Positions 12,264 through 26,314 of a stretch of DNA of 64,000 nt are shown here, piece by piece. The notes below the pieces were generated by a model. It worked only from the letters and a program-made list of their open reading frames with translations. It did not search any database and had not been told where the DNA came from. Source of the DNA: Raja brachyura (lineage: Eukaryota); contig OY740781.1 of NCBI GenBank assembly GCA_963514005.1, forward strand, positions 41,292,001 to 41,356,000, given 5' to 3'. How positions within the stretch are numbered: position 1 is the stretch's first letter; each line of letters begins with the position of its first letter. A program made the position numbers and the translations under genes.

Positions 12264-14699
12264 TTCTGGAAAGTTAGAGATTGCGTGGAAAGATTGATGA
12301 CTTGAGCATTTTAAAAAAAAGATAAATTAAAATGGCAAGTGTTTTTTTTATTAGTACGATTATAATGTCCCTTTTAAGAAATTTATAGGAAATCAAAATC
12401 TTTTAGTAAAATTTTCCATTTCATATCTTCTTCCATTATTACGATTGTGAATAGGTTTCTTTGATAAATTCAGTGCCTGCTCTGTACCTCCTATTCCCGG
12501 AAACTTAACACTAACCCAAAGAAAGTTACACGTGGAACTGTTAAATTAAATTAGAGTCTTTGAAGTAAGTAATTTCCCATGTATGATGATATCCAGGTGC
12601 ACTTGAAGGCTGTGTTGACATGAAGACATCCAGGTGCATCACACATACATGCAAACAGAAAGGGTCTGGATTTTATTTCAGAAGACAGAATGCATGCCAC
12701 TTCACATTCCAGCAATCAAGTTACCTGAGCAGAAATAGCCAAATTATTTATGTTCCTTGTGTGGAAAGAACAAGCACACTATTGCAGTGAAAGATGAGCT
12801 TGTATATTACTAAAGCTTTAGATAAGACACACAATGCTGGAGTATCGCAGTGGGACAGGCAGCATCTCTGGATAGAAGGAATGGCAATGTTTCAGATCAA
12901 GACACTTCTTCAGACCTCCTTATTTTGTTTTCTGTTCATGTGTGTAGAACATAGAACAGTACAGCATAAGAACAGCCCCTTTGGCCCACAATGTCGGAGG
13001 CGAAAAACGATGCCAAGACTATCGCTTATCTACTACACATAATCCATATGGCTATCCAAAAGCCTTGCAAATCTACTGTCGCGTCTGCCACCACCAGCAG
13101 CAGCAGCATATTCCTGGCACTCACCACCATCTGTGTAAAAAAAAGTTAAAGCTAAACCCTCCATTCTCTTAAACCTTGCATGCACTTCCTTGTTGCTTTT
13201 CACCAAATTTACCATCACTTTGGTCATCCAAGGTTCCTTTCCTTTGCTATCCTTTATCTGTCGTCCTTACTAGAACATACCAGTCCTGACCTTTGCTCAG
13301 CTGGCCTTTAAACTACTCCCACATGTCAGATGTGGACTTACTCAATGACAATTGCACCCAGTGTATCCTCCCGAACTCCTATTGTATCATGTTTTCACGT
13401 TTTTAAAAAAGTGAAACCATTATTTTCACCCTGCCAACAGTAGCGTAGTTGACAGGGTGAAAAGGAAACACTTTAAGTTTCCTGTAGTAATGTTAACAGA
13501 ATTGGCTTTATGCACTAGTCCAAAAACCAATTCAGACAGTATGGGTGCCAGAGGTTATGGGGAGAAGGCAGGAGAATGGGGTTAGGAGGGAGAGATAGAG
13601 CAGCCATAATTGAATGGTAGAGTAGACTTGATGGTTCGAATGGCCTAATTCTACTCCTATTCCTTATGAGCCATCCTAAAAACTCCTCAATTTAAAAAAG
13701 TGACCAGCAGAGTATTCCTGCCGCTCAGCTGGCATTGAAGATAATAGGTGCAGGAGTAGGCCATTTGGTCCTTCGAGCCAGCATTGCCATTCAATGTGAT
13801 CATGGCTGGTCATCCCCAATCAGTACCCCATTCCTGCCTTCTCCCCGTATCCCCTGACTCGGCTATTTTTAAGAGACCTATCTTGCTCTCTTTGTTAAAT
13901 CATCTTTTGCTCATGCTACAAACATCTGTTCCTTCGTCCTCTTTTTCAACACATCAACAAATGAAGCAGATTTATGTAGCTTCAGCATCCCATATACTCC
14001 CACCTCGGTAATGCTACCCATCTTCACTTTACCTCAGCCCATTAAAAGCTGAACCCATCATACTTGTACTTGCTAACTAGAGCATCGATTACTCAGTGTT
14101 CCTCTTGCTTGTCGTTGTCCTCTGCTGTCTGTCCGTTTTGGTTGATTTATTGCATTTCAGTTTCATTCGTCTGCTGTACCCAAGAATAAAAACTCCCTGG
14201 AACACCTTCTCATATCAGTATTCAGCTACTACGACACGGGAATTCCAAACAAAATTGGGGTGCACATTTGTATTCACAAATGTGGGGGAATTTCCAATGA
14301 GGAGTCTGTAGCAGCAAATAATTAATAGAAAGCTCCCAGACTCCCTCTGGTGTTTGAACCACCAACTGCATGTTATAAGTAAAAAGGTATTAACACCATC
14401 AGCAATATTAAAAACAAATAAATTCTAGAACTATTAGAAGTGTCACAATTATTCCCTATTCTTTGTTATTACAACATTAAAATGTCATGCAAACAAAATT
14501 CGAGAGCAAATAAAATGATATTCCAATGCAAATTGCTGTCATATTTAATCTGAAAAAACGTTAAGGAATAAACAGTATATGTTATTTTCTTTTATTTCTT
14601 TGAATTGCTGTGAATACTTTAGGTAAATAATTTGAAATAGTCAAATTATTTTAAAGTTACTTTACTTAGTTATTTTGCTACTCCCATGTTGTAACAAAT

Positions 14700-15070
14700 G
14701 CTTTGCTTCATGTGTGAACATTCAACAAAAGATGGCCATGGGGAAATATAGGCACAAGTTTCTGCTGCTAATTTTATTTAAGCCAGTAATTCCTTGGAAA
14801 TTCTGTAATTCCCAAAGAAACATCTCTCCAGTTGTAACACTACACACTTGCATTGTTTCATGTTATTTTAATTACAACATCATCTTGGTCATTCTACTAG
14901 TTAATACATTTATAAAAGGGCATTTATTTTTATTAAAAAGTCATTTACTTTAAATAATAACTTACTGAAGTATTCTCTTGTATGCCCATCAACAATGGTC
15001 CCATACTGCCATCTGGTGTTAAATCAATGAACTACAAGGGGTATTAGTTTAGTGAAAATGTTAATGTTAT
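14700..15070 (+). repeat. Diverged direct repeat, copy A, with CTCF-like motif at 15005-15020
   Basis: Aligns by eye with 17895-17985 + 18453-18750. Confidence 0.8.
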
Positions 15071-15371
15071 GGGCATAGTGGTAGAACTACATCCTTACAG
15101 CACCAGGGACATAGGTTCGATTCTGACTACGGTGCTCGGCTATACGGAGTTTCTACGTTCTCCCTGTGACTGTGTGTGTGTTTTCTCCGAGGTCTTTGGT
15201 TTCCTCCCACACTCCAAAGACATACAATGTTTGTAGATTAATTGGCTTGATATAAATGTAAAATTGTCCCTAATATGTGTAGGATAGTGTTAATGTGCGG
15301 GGATCGCTCGTCAGTGGGGACTTGGTGGGCCGAAGGGCCTGTTTCTGCACTGTATCTCTAAACTAAACTAA
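15071..15371 (+). mobile_element. tRNA-head SINE (HE1-like)
   Basis: B-box ggttcgattc, core, ctaaactaaacta tail. Confidence 0.85.
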
Positions 15372-15640
15372 TGTGTGTGCAGACCACTGATATGAAGATT
15401 GCAGCAGCTCGAGGAGAAAGCCCATCACCTCACTTTTTCAATATCCACCTCAATATCCAAAGCATAGAGAAAAACCCAAACTGCCCAAACAATTTTTGAA
15501 AGAAAAGCAGATACCAGTCCAAATTTCCCATATTGAAATGGAACGGTCAATGTGTTTTTCTTCCAATAACGTGTATTAGATGAGCATTAGCTCACTTCAT
15601 GCTTAAAGCGTATGGTATCCATCACAAATTGCCTCCTTCA

Positions 15641-15763
<123 letters not shown>

Positions 15764-16475
15764 TCAACAATAAACTGCATCGGCAAATTGTATCGGCAAT
15801 GAATAGAAACATTCCGTTTTAGCTGGATTACACTTCAAATAATTCACATTCAGTTTCAAAAACTGGGAATAGGACATTTGCAAATGTTTTTGCTGTTTGT
15901 AATACCCAACCTGATGTGTGTATCTACGTCATGTATATTATCAAGATTATAAAATCATAAAGGGCAGAGATAAGGTGATTCCCACAGAATACCTTTTCCC
16001 CAGAATAGGGAGTATAAAACTAGAAGCCATGGGTTTAAGGTGAGATGAGAAAGATTATGTTCCAAGACATTTTAATGGGTATGTGGATAGAAAGCACTTG
16101 GACAGGTACAAGAAAATTTTGGAGGAACATGGGCCATGCGCAGACAAATATCACTCGCTTGGTTAGCCAACTTAATCGGCATTAATGAGTTGGGCCGGAG
16201 GGCCTGTTTCCCTGCTGTATACCTCTTGGAATCTATGACCATCTGCACCACAAAGTCTGAAGATGAAAAGCCTCAACACAAAGACATCTCCCAATTATAG
16301 CTCTCCATAGATCCTGCATATAATAAGAAAGTGTTGATCAACACTTTAAAACTTTCTGGATGCTTTACACAATTTGATAATGCCTTCAATTCTGGAAACA
16401 TGAAACACTTAAAAAAAAAAAAAGCATTATTAATGCACAAACTGCCTCAAGTGGTTCAAATGACTATTAGTGGGG

Positions 16476-16748
16476 TTTAGTTTAGAGATACAGCACAGTA
16501 ACAGACCCTTCGGCCCAACGAGTCTGCGTCGACCTGCAATCACCTGCACACTAGTTCTATGTTACAGGCTAGGAACAATTTACAGAAGTCAATTAGCCTA
16601 CTAACCTGCACATCTTTGGAATGTGGGAGGAAACCGGAGCAAAACTATGCACTCACAGGGAGAATGTACAAGCTCTGCACAGGCAGCACCTATAGTCAGG
16701 ATCAATCCCAAGTGTCTAGCGCTGTAAGGCAGCAACTCTACGGTGGCA
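16476..16748 (-). mobile_element. tRNA-head SINE (HE1-like)
   Basis: Reverse complement of the family pattern seen in this window. Confidence 0.8.
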
Positions 16749-16930
16749 CCTATTGTTTAACTACATTTTACATTAAGCGGTATAAAGAGATACAATCAAA
16801 GCTTTTGTCAGATAATGGACAAACATTAAATTAAAACGGTTTTAAAGATGCATCTTAAAGGAAAAAGTGACCCAAGTAAAGGATTTCCTGAGCCTAGATG
16901 TGCAAGTATTCTGCTTCTTAATGCAAATCA

Positions 16931-17194
<264 letters not shown>

Positions 17195-17894
17195 TTAACT
17201 ACAAAAGATAGACACAAAATGCTGGAGTAAGTCAGCGGGACAGGCGGCATCTCTGGGGAGAAGGAATGGGTGATGTTTTGGGTCCAGACCCTTCTTCCAA
17301 CCCACAACGTCACCCATTCCTTCTCCCCAGAGATGCTACTCCAGCTTGAATCTCTTGAATCTTGAAGACTTGTCCCACCCCTGTCATTCTTTCTTGTCCC
17401 CGCTCCTGTTGGGCAGAAAGTACAGAAGCTTGAAAGCCTTGCACCACCAAACACAGGAACAGCTTTGTTCCCTCCGTTATCAGGCTTCTGAACAGGTCTT
17501 TCCAAAAGCAGGGGCACGGTCCAATTTACCTCAACCCCATTGCAAGCTCTGGACGTTATCAATGGAACTGGTGCACCACAATGCTGAGAAGTATATTCTG
17601 CACTCCATATCATCCCCTAAACTCCAATGATTGTATTCAAGACTGACGTGCTTGTATTTATGTATAGTATTATACAATTCGATTAGTCCTGCCTTCCCAT
17701 TGGCCTCATTGGTGACCTTTGAGCTATCTTGAATTGGTCTCTATCTTACAATAAAAGTTGTGCCCTTTATCCTTTCACTGTGGACAGCTTGACTGTAATC
17801 GTGTATAGTTTTTTCGACGATGGGACAGCACGCAACAAAAAGCTTTTCATTGTATCAAGGCAAATGTGATAATAATAAAACTAAACCTAAAATA

Positions 17895-18750
17895 CGTTTC
17901 CTGCATAAACATTCCACTAAAAATGCCAATGGAGAAAGATAGGCACATTTTTGGTCTTAAATTGACATTTGGCCTTAATTGACATCCTGGGATGTCAGGA
18001 CTTTCATATGAGGAAAGATTGGATAGACTCGGCTTGTACTCGCTGGAATTTAGAAGATTGAGGGGGGATCTTATAGAAACTTACAAAATTCTTAAGGGGT
18101 TGGACAAGCTAGATGCTGGAAGATTGTTCCCAATGTTGGGGGAGTCCAGAACAAGGGGTCACAGTCTAAGGATAAGGGGGAATACCTTTAGGACCGAAAT
18201 GAGGAAAACATTCTTTACACAGAGAGTGGTGAGTCTCTGGAACTCTCTGCCACAGAAGGTAGTTGAGGCCAGTTCATTGGCTATATTTAAGAGGGCGTTA
18301 GATGTGGCACTTGTGACTAAAGGGATCAGGGGGTATGGAGAGAAGGCAGGTAAGGGATACTGAGTTGGATGATCAGCCATGATCACATTGAATGGCGGTG
18401 CAGGCTCGAAGGGCCGAATGGCCTACTCCTGCACCTATTTTCTATGTTTCTAAACCCAGAAATTCCTTGGAAATTCTGAAACAATCCCATTAAACATTAT
18501 ACTAATTGAAACATTGCACACTTAAGTTGGACTACTTAATTTTTAATTACAACATTAATCTTGCCCATTCAACTAGTTATGACTTTTAGAAAAAGGGCAA
18601 TTATTATTTTTTAATAAAAAGGATGTTTATATTAAAAGAATAACTTATTGGAGTTTTCTTCTGGTATGCTCATCAACAATGGGTCCATACTGCCACCTGG
18701 TGTTTAATCGACAAACTACAAAAAATTACTTTAGTGAAAATGTTAATAAT
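17895..18750 (+). repeat. Diverged direct repeat, copy B (split by CR1), with CTCF-like motif at 18689-18704
   Basis: Shared blocks aattccttggaaattctg, ttttaattacaacat, catcaacaatgg, ccatactgcca(c/t)ctggtgtt, tttagtgaaaatgttaat. Confidence 0.8.
17985..18452 (+). mobile_element. Young CR1-type LINE 3' fragment
   Basis: Uninterrupted 123-aa ORF2 C-terminus (GLSYEERLDRLGLYSLEFRRLRGDLIETYKIL) plus tail. Confidence 0.92.
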
Positions 18751-20553
18751 TATCCAGCTTCCTGTTGAAGCATGCAAGTCACAATGCTGCTATTGGCGCT
18801 TGGTAATATTTGTCACAAATACAATCCAAACCTCGTCCCTGCAAGATGGCCAAAACTGATGTTCGAACATAGAAATATATAACAGGATAGAAGGCTCTTT
18901 GGCCCATGTCTGAGCCGAAAATGATGCCAAGAAAACGAATCTCATCTGCTTACACATTCCATATTTCAATGTTATCTGATCTATTTGGATAGCATGTAAG
19001 GTTATCACAGTACCTTGGCACAGTGACAATAATAAGCTTAAAACCATACTAATGAAGCACCCTGATATTTCATGCAGGTGCCACATTAAAATCATGTAAT
19101 TGTTCTAATCTTTTTCATTGACTGGGTTAGGGGACAAGGGTTGAACTGCAAGAGGAAAGGGAGCTGGAAAAGAGTGATTACTGGGGGAGACTCTACAGGT
19201 TACTGCACTTCTGGAGTGATGGAATCATCCAGCACAGAAAGAGATCATCAGCACCGCATGCCTCTGGGAATTGGGAAGAAACCCATGCAGTCACAGGGAG
19301 AGCATGCAAACTCCACATAGACAGCACTGGAGGCCAGACTAGAACGTGAACTGCCCGGGATATGAGGCAACAGCTCTATTTGTCGCTCCAACCTCTTTAA
19401 AAATCATGAGTTAATAAAGTAGAGTTCTTTAAAATAATGTAGAGATTGGCTAACATAATCAGATATTGCATCTTGTGGAGAGGTCATAACCAGGTCACGA
19501 ATAAATCTAATAAGAAATCTTTGGTACAGGTTTGTCATTCAGAAAGTAAAAGTCACTGCCATATGAAACAGCACGGGGGCTTGCAAGAGAAAATTAGCAT
19601 GAGGGAGGATGGAATGGAAGGCTAGATTCTTGACAGATTCTTTATTCAGGTTATGAGGAGAAGACAGGAGAATGGGGCTGAGAGGGAACTATAGATCAGC
19701 CATGATTGAATGGCAGAGTAGACTTTATGGACCAAAAAGCCTAATTCTGCTCCGATAAGTAATGAACATGATAGGTTCATAGATGAAGTAAAGAGAATGT
19801 ATAAAAAGATTCATGTGAAGCTTCAGCAGTGGCATAGTTCAAATATGGGACCTGCAACAGACTGGTTCCACGAAGATGCAGGACAGAACGCCACAATAGA
19901 TCCTTCTTCCCTGTGTTTGCACAACCTGCCCATCCGAACCAATCTGCCCCATCTTTGCTAATAGCACCTGCACGTGTTTGCCCCATAATTCTCGAAACCT
20001 TTCCTGTCCATGTACCTGATAAAATGTTTTTTAAATGTTATAATAGTACCTGCCTCAACTACCTCTTTTGGCAGCTTGTTCCTCTGAGTGGAAAAAGCTG
20101 TCCCTTAGATTTCTATTAAGTTTGTCCCCTCTCATGTTAAACCTATGTCCTCTGGTTCTTGATTCTTATTTTACGGCCATTAGCCCATAATTTCGGTGCC
20201 GAAAATGATGCCATTCTGGGAAAGATGCAAATCCTAAATGAGCACTAAATTCATGGTATGAATATTAACCTTCAGTATAGTAAGACCAATAATGTTCTAC
20301 AATTAAAGTGACAAAATAGTTTTAAATGTGGATTATTCTCTCAAATGTAATCAGTCAGATCCTCGTCCACATGATGTACCGTGGGAACCTTGTGTTCTTT
20401 GCAGTCAAATTTTGTTTCATGCATTTATTGTTGTATGCAAGTAAAACCAATTGTCTCTAGCAGAACACAGATGTTACAGTAGATTCGAGATAAAACCGCT
20501 TGGCAGATTCAAGGCATGCCCAATTTATAACTATTCACAAAATAAATATTTAC

Positions 20554-20602
20554 CAAATTCCTTTGGCAGCTTTTGCTTGAAACAGTGGATGCTCACCAAT
20601 AC
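20554..20602 (-). CDS. GALT: GALT exon 4 (GIGEHPLFQAKAAKGIC)
   Basis: Not in the ORF track; matches human GPSDHPLFQAKSARGVC; CAG acceptor, TG|GTAAAT donor; 49 bp. Confidence 0.95.
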
Positions 20603-20696
20603 CTGAGGGTTTAAGAGGAATAGTATTTCAAAAATAGAATCCAAGCGAAGCAATTTTACTTCTTATTTAGATCACTTTTTAAAATGTTACTTTTGC

Positions 20697-23185
20697 ACCG
20701 GGTGACGACGTCAGCGATGGCAGTCTCGCCTCTGTCTTTTTGTGTATTTTGTTATTTTTAGTGTGTTTTAAAAAGTATGTGTTAATGTTCTCTGGTTTGT
20801 TTTATGTGGGTGATAGGGGAAGAGGTCAGGGGAAACATTTTTCAATCCCTTACCTTGCCGGAGATGCAATTGTTTTCCGGATCGTATCTCCGAGCGTTAT
20901 GTGGCCTAACATCATGGAGCTGGCGGCCTTGCTCGAGACTGACTTTGAGCCCCATAGCGGGGTCGTGGATTTACCATCGGAGTCTGCGATCCCTTGCCTG
21001 TGATCGACGCTCCAACCGCAGCCTGTGCATGTCAACATCGAGGAGCTCGCAGTCTCGGGCAAAGACTGATATCAGGAAGCTCCAAGCCAAATGAGGTTCG
21101 ACTAGTCCCGACCTGGGGTCCGATTGCCCGGCGTGGGGGAGCTGATCCACCCGACGAGGGAGCTTGATCGCCCCGATGCGGAGGGCTCGACCGCTGGCTG
21201 CGGAAGGTTCGAGTGTCCCGACCGTGGAAGGACAAAGAAGGGAAGAAGATTGAACTTTTTTTGCTTCCATCACAGTTTGGAATGTGGGTGGATGTTCATG
21301 TTACAAAATTACTTGGGTGCTAAGAGTAGGGTTCTAAGAGTAAACCTATCAATTATAGACCGGTTAGTTTGACTTCAGTGGTGGGCAAATTAATGGAAAA
21401 GATACTTAGAGATAATATATATAAGCATCTGGATAAACAGGGTCTAATTAGGAACAGTCAACATGGATTTATGCCTGGAAGGTCATGTTTGACTAATCTT
21501 CTTGAATTTTGTGAAGAGGTTACTAGGGAAATTGACGAGGGTAAAGCAGTGGATGTTGTCGATATGGACTTTAGTAAGGCCTTTGACAAGGTTCCTCATG
21601 GAAGTCTAATTAGGAACAGTCAACATGGATTTATGCCTGGAAGGTCTTTAGAACTTAGAATTTTGACTTCAGAATTAAGGGACAGAGGTTTAGGGGTAAC
21701 ATGAGGGGGAACTTCTTTACTCAGAGAGTGGTAGCGGTGTGGAATGAGCTTCCAGTGGAAGTGGTGGCGGCAGGTTCGTTGGTATCATTTAAAAATAAAT
21801 TGGATAGGCATATGGATGAGAAGGGTATGGAGGGTTATGGTATGAGTGCAGGCAGGTGGGACTAAGAGAAAAAAGTTGTTCGGCACGGACTTGAAGGGCC
21901 GAGATGGCCTGTTTCCGTGCTGTAATTGTTATATGGTTATAAGGTTGGTTAAGAAGGTTCAACTGTTGGGTATAAATGCAGGAGTAGCAAGATGGATTCA
22001 ACAGTGGCTGAATGGGAGAAGCCAGAGGGTAATGGTGGATGGCTGTTTGTTGGGTTGGAGGCAAGTGACTAGTGGGGTGCCTCAGGGATCTGTGTTGGGT
22101 CCTTTGTTGTTTGTCATGTACATCAATGATCTGGATGAAGGGGTGGTAAATTGGATTAGTAAGTATGCAGATGATACCAAGATAGGGGGTGTTGTGGATA
22201 ATGAAGAGGACTTCCAAAGTCTACAGAGTGATTTAGGCCAGTTGGAAAAATGGGCTGAAAGATGGCAGATGGAGTTTAATGCTGATAAATGTGAGGTGGT
22301 ACACCTTGGCAGGACAAATCAAAATAGGATGTACATGGTAAATGGTAGGGAATTGAAGAATACAGTTGAACAGAGGGATCTGGGAATAACCGTGCATAGT
22401 TCCTTGAAGGTGGAATCTCATATAGATAGGGTGGTAAAAAAAGCTTTTGGTATGCTAGCCTTTATAAATCAGAGCATTGAGTATAGAAGCTGGGATGTAA
22501 TGTTAAAATTGTACAAGGCATTGGTGAGACCAAATCTGGAGTATGGTGTACAATTTTGGTCGCCCAATTATAGGAAGGATGTCAACAAAATAGAGAGGGT
22601 ACAGAGGGGATTTACTAGAATGTTGCCTGGGTTTCAACAGCTAAGTTACAGAGATAGGTTGAATAAGTTAGGTCTTTATTCTCTGGCGCGCAGAAGGTTA
22701 AGGGGGGGACTTGATAGAGGTCTTTAAAATGATGAGAGGGATAGACAGAGTTGATGTGGACAAGCTTTTACCTTTGAGAATAGGGAAGATTCAAACAAGA
22801 GGACATGACTTTAGAATTAAGGGACAGAAGTTTAGGGGTAACATGAGGGGGAACTTCTTTACTCAGAGTGGTAGCAGTGTGGAATGAGCTTCCAGTGGAA
22901 GTGGTGGCGGCAGGTTCGTTGGTATCATTTAAAAATAAATTGGATAGGCATATGGATGAGAAGGGTATGGAGGGTTATGGTATGAGTGCAGGCAGGTGGG
23001 ACTAAGGGAAAAAAGTTGTTCGGCACGGACTTGAAGGGCCGAGATGGCCTGTTTCCGTGCTGTAATTGTTGTATGGTTATATGCCTTGTTGCTCTTTATT
23101 GGTATGACTGTATGGCAAATCAAATTCCTCATATGTTGCAAAACATACTTGGCTAATAAAGTACTATTATATTATTATGATGATT
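20697..23185 (+). mobile_element. Related GC-rich element, interrupted by the CR1 at 21350-23082
   Basis: Head ccgggtgacgacgtcagcgatggcag; the tail resumes at 23083 (ttggtatgactg...aataaa). Confidence 0.55.
21350..23082 (+). mobile_element. CR1-type LINE RT region with a self-nested 3' copy
   Basis: NYRPVSLTSVVGK, QHGF, DFSKAFD, GVPQGSVLGP, YADD motifs; the 3' end occurs twice. Confidence 0.93.
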
Positions 23186-23574
23186 ATAACTATTAATGTT
23201 TACCTCTTTTTAGTGCATTTGTTCAAAATAGATTGTTTGCAGGAGGATAATAAATATTGAATTACATGTCAGCTTGGAAGTGTACATTCTAACTCAACCA
23301 CAAAACTACTTGATCAAACAAAATGTACATTCACATAACCGTATCAATCCAAATTAGTTGGTTGTTATCGTATAAATGAGGCATCATTCTGAGACACTAG
23401 TGACCAAACACCTGCACAATCTTATGTCAAAAGTCGAAATATTAGCATCGATTTCCCACATTTGAAACAATATATTCAAACAAAAAAACTCAAATGAATA
23501 TTGAAATCCAAGAAGTGAAAAATTGGCCAAATCTTTCAGCAAAGTTTTGTGCAATATTTAATTTTGCTCGATTC

Positions 23575-24147
23575 ACCTACTCGGGTAAGAGACTCTGTGC
23601 ATCTACCCGATCTATTCATCTCATGATTTTATACACCTCTGTAAGGTCACCCCATCCTCCTGCGCTCCAAGGAATAGAGTCCCAGTGTACTCAACCTCTC
23701 CCTATAGCTCAGACCCTTTAGTCCTAGCACCATCCTCATAAATCTTCTGTGTACCTTTTCCATCTGGACAACATTTTTCCTATAACATGGTGCCCAGAAC
23801 TGAACACGATACTCTAAATGTGCGTGTCTGATAGCTCTCCATTTATCAGAACCAGGGGCCACAGTTTAAGAATAAGGAGCAAGCCATTTAGAACGGGCGA
23901 CGAGGAAACACTTTTTCTCACAGAGAGTCGCGAGTCTGTGGAATTCTCTGCCTCAGAGAGCAGTGGAGGCAGGTTCTCGGGATGCTTTCAAGAGAGAGCT
24001 AGATAGGCTCTTAAAAATAGTGGAGTCAGGGTATATGGGGAGAAGACAGGAACAGGGTACTGATTGTGGATGATTAGCCATGATCACATTAAATGGTGGT
24101 GCTGGCTCGAAGGGCTGAATGGCCTACTCCTGCACCTATTGTCTATC
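23575..24147. mobile_element. Two CR1 fragments in opposite orientation
   Basis: Minus piece 23575-23820 (HLEYRVQFWAP); plus 3' piece 23845-24147. Confidence 0.8.
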
Positions 24148-24520
24148 TTTCCCAGACTGTCACCCCCACCTCCAGACACCACCTGTTCAGTATTCCTTTT
24201 ATTCAGCTTTGGCTCGGTGGCACCAACCTTGCTTTCAGCCGCGAAGTCATGGAGCACTTAAACTCAGCCAACATGCTGGTGCAGCATTAAGAGGATGTAA
24301 TTTTATATTCTTCAAATTGGTTGTTAATTGAAAGCCCATCTACTCCTTCAATTGAATGTAAAACATTTTGCAACATTACGTTGAAAAAACTAGCGCAACA
24401 TTATGCTAATGTCCCTTATAACAAGCATTGCCCTTGTTATAACGGACCATGGTCCATTATTGCTGCTTGCCCGCTATAACCGACTAAGGTATTACCGAGA
24501 AATAGAGTATCATTGAACAA

Positions 24521-25382
24521 GTAGAAAGAACTGCAGGTGCTGGTTAATACACCAAAGGAAGCAATGTGCCAGAGTAACTCAGTAGGTCAGGCAGTATCTC
24601 TGGAGAATATGGATAGGTGACGATTCGGATCAAGACCCTTCTTTAGACTCTCAGACGGGAATCCAAGTGAGTTGATAGCCCCAGCTGGATGGTGGCCGGA
24701 TGAGAGGCGAAGACTGGTGGAGTCATTGGTCAATGATAGCGGGCAGCCAGAGTACAGGCAAGGGTAGGAAGTGGCAGCAGCAGGCACGGCCTAGAAAGTG
24801 GCTGAGGAAGCAGTGTGGGCCGGCAGTGGTCGGTACGGAAGTACCTGTGGAGGCAACGCAGGGCAGCATCGACATCCTGGTCTGGTGGTGAAGGACGGCA
24901 GGTCCATCCTGGAAGCAGCTGGGGAGGCAGTAGAGGCCAGCAGGAGCTTTGGTGGACCCAGCCTGTGGGTTGAGGTTGGTAGATCGAGCCTTGTAATGGC
25001 CGGGGAGGAGGTGCGAGCTGGGGGTGATCTCTGCATCCCGGCCTGGGGTTGAAGGTTATCAAATTTATCTGGAAGTGGCTGGGGAGGCGATGTGGGCCAA
25101 GGCTGACATCGGCAGCCTGGCCTGGCAGCAAAGGTCGATAGGACTTGTCTAGAAGCAGCTCGGGTGGTAGTAGGCCAGCAGCTGCTTCTGTGATCCCAGC
25201 CTCGGAGCCACTGGGAAGGCGGTGAGTGTTGGCGCTTTGGCCTGGCACCACTGAGGGTATCAGCCTCTTGGAGGTCAGCTGAGCAGTGCGATCCACCAAT
25301 GAGTCTCGACCAGAAACGTCACCCACCCATGGTCTCCAGATATGTTGCCTGATCTGCTGAATTATTCCAGCACTTTGTGTCC
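24521..25382. mobile_element. Fold-back PLE pLTR derivative enclosing about 650 bp of GC-rich cargo
   Basis: pLTR at 24521-24650, inverted pLTR at 25300-25382; atcattg(a/c)acaa at 24509-24520 and 25383-25394. Confidence 0.65.
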
Positions 25383-26238
25383 ATCATTGCACAACTGTTG
25401 TTTGAAGCAATTACTTGTCCATTTCATTGACCTCCTGCAGTGTAACGAGCAGCCTGTGTTCTTAAAGAAACAGTAGTGTCCCATAACTGTGGGGACACTC
25501 CGTCCACTAAAACCATAATCCAAGGTCTGTAAAAAGAAGGGTTTCCCATATTTAGGTCCGAACCAATGCTTGAGAATGAATTGAATTAATATGTGGTTTT
25601 GTAATCTGTATGCAAGTTGACTGCCGAACTTTCTCTAAAGCACTACATTTCAGAGAGTGGAAACTGAATGGACGTTACTCAAATGCAAACACCTTCTTTC
25701 TTTCGGTCTCTTCCTTTCCTGGTGCTAAAGCCAGATTTGAAGCACTGCAGAACAGAACTCATCCATTATTGATCCTTAAAGACTGAGATTGTCAAGATTA
25801 ACCATTAAGATAATAACCTTGGAGGAAGCTTGATACTAGTATCCAATGATTGAACTGGGATGTCTGAATTATCCTCTAGTTACTTACACTTTGAACACGA
25901 AGCTGCAATTCCTGACTGCACTGGCACTCGGGGAACTACTTCAAAGGATGGAGAACAGAGCTGTGAGAGTGAGTGACTGGGATTAGGAAGTAGGGCAGCA
26001 GCTAAAACAAGCCTGTAGCTGTACATGTGTCCTGGGGACTGGCATGTTTCCTCAGCTACCACCAGGCTGACATTAGAAAGCTGAAAGCTTATGGCTGTAC
26101 TGGGAAATATGGGGCTTAATTAATAATACAACAGAAGAAAAAAAAAATTTAGTCCAAAAATAAAAAGAAAACACAGAAAGAGTTTAGACAGGCTATGTTC
26201 ATGAATGAGAATATTGGATAGCACAATATTCAAAGTAC

Positions 26239-26314
26239 CTGGGTCTGGAGCATCGGGTTGAAGACTCGGGAAGTCATTATCAAAAACATACGTGCTGTCA
26301 TACTCAGGGTTCAC
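26239..26314 (-). CDS. GALT: GALT exon 3 (VNPEYDSTYVFDNDFPSLQPDAPDP)
   Basis: FDNDFP motif; AAG acceptor, CAG|GTACTT donor; 76 bp; phases fit both neighbours. Confidence 0.96.

Noticed and set aside
21846-22727. 293-aa RT ORF as an active gene
   Set aside because: Chimeric N-terminus from an inserted 3' UTR, no endonuclease domain, and frameshifted at its end.
24730-25326. 198-aa Pro/Leu-rich ORF
   Set aside because: No recognisable domain; expected by chance in GC-rich repetitive cargo, and it begins inside a pLTR.
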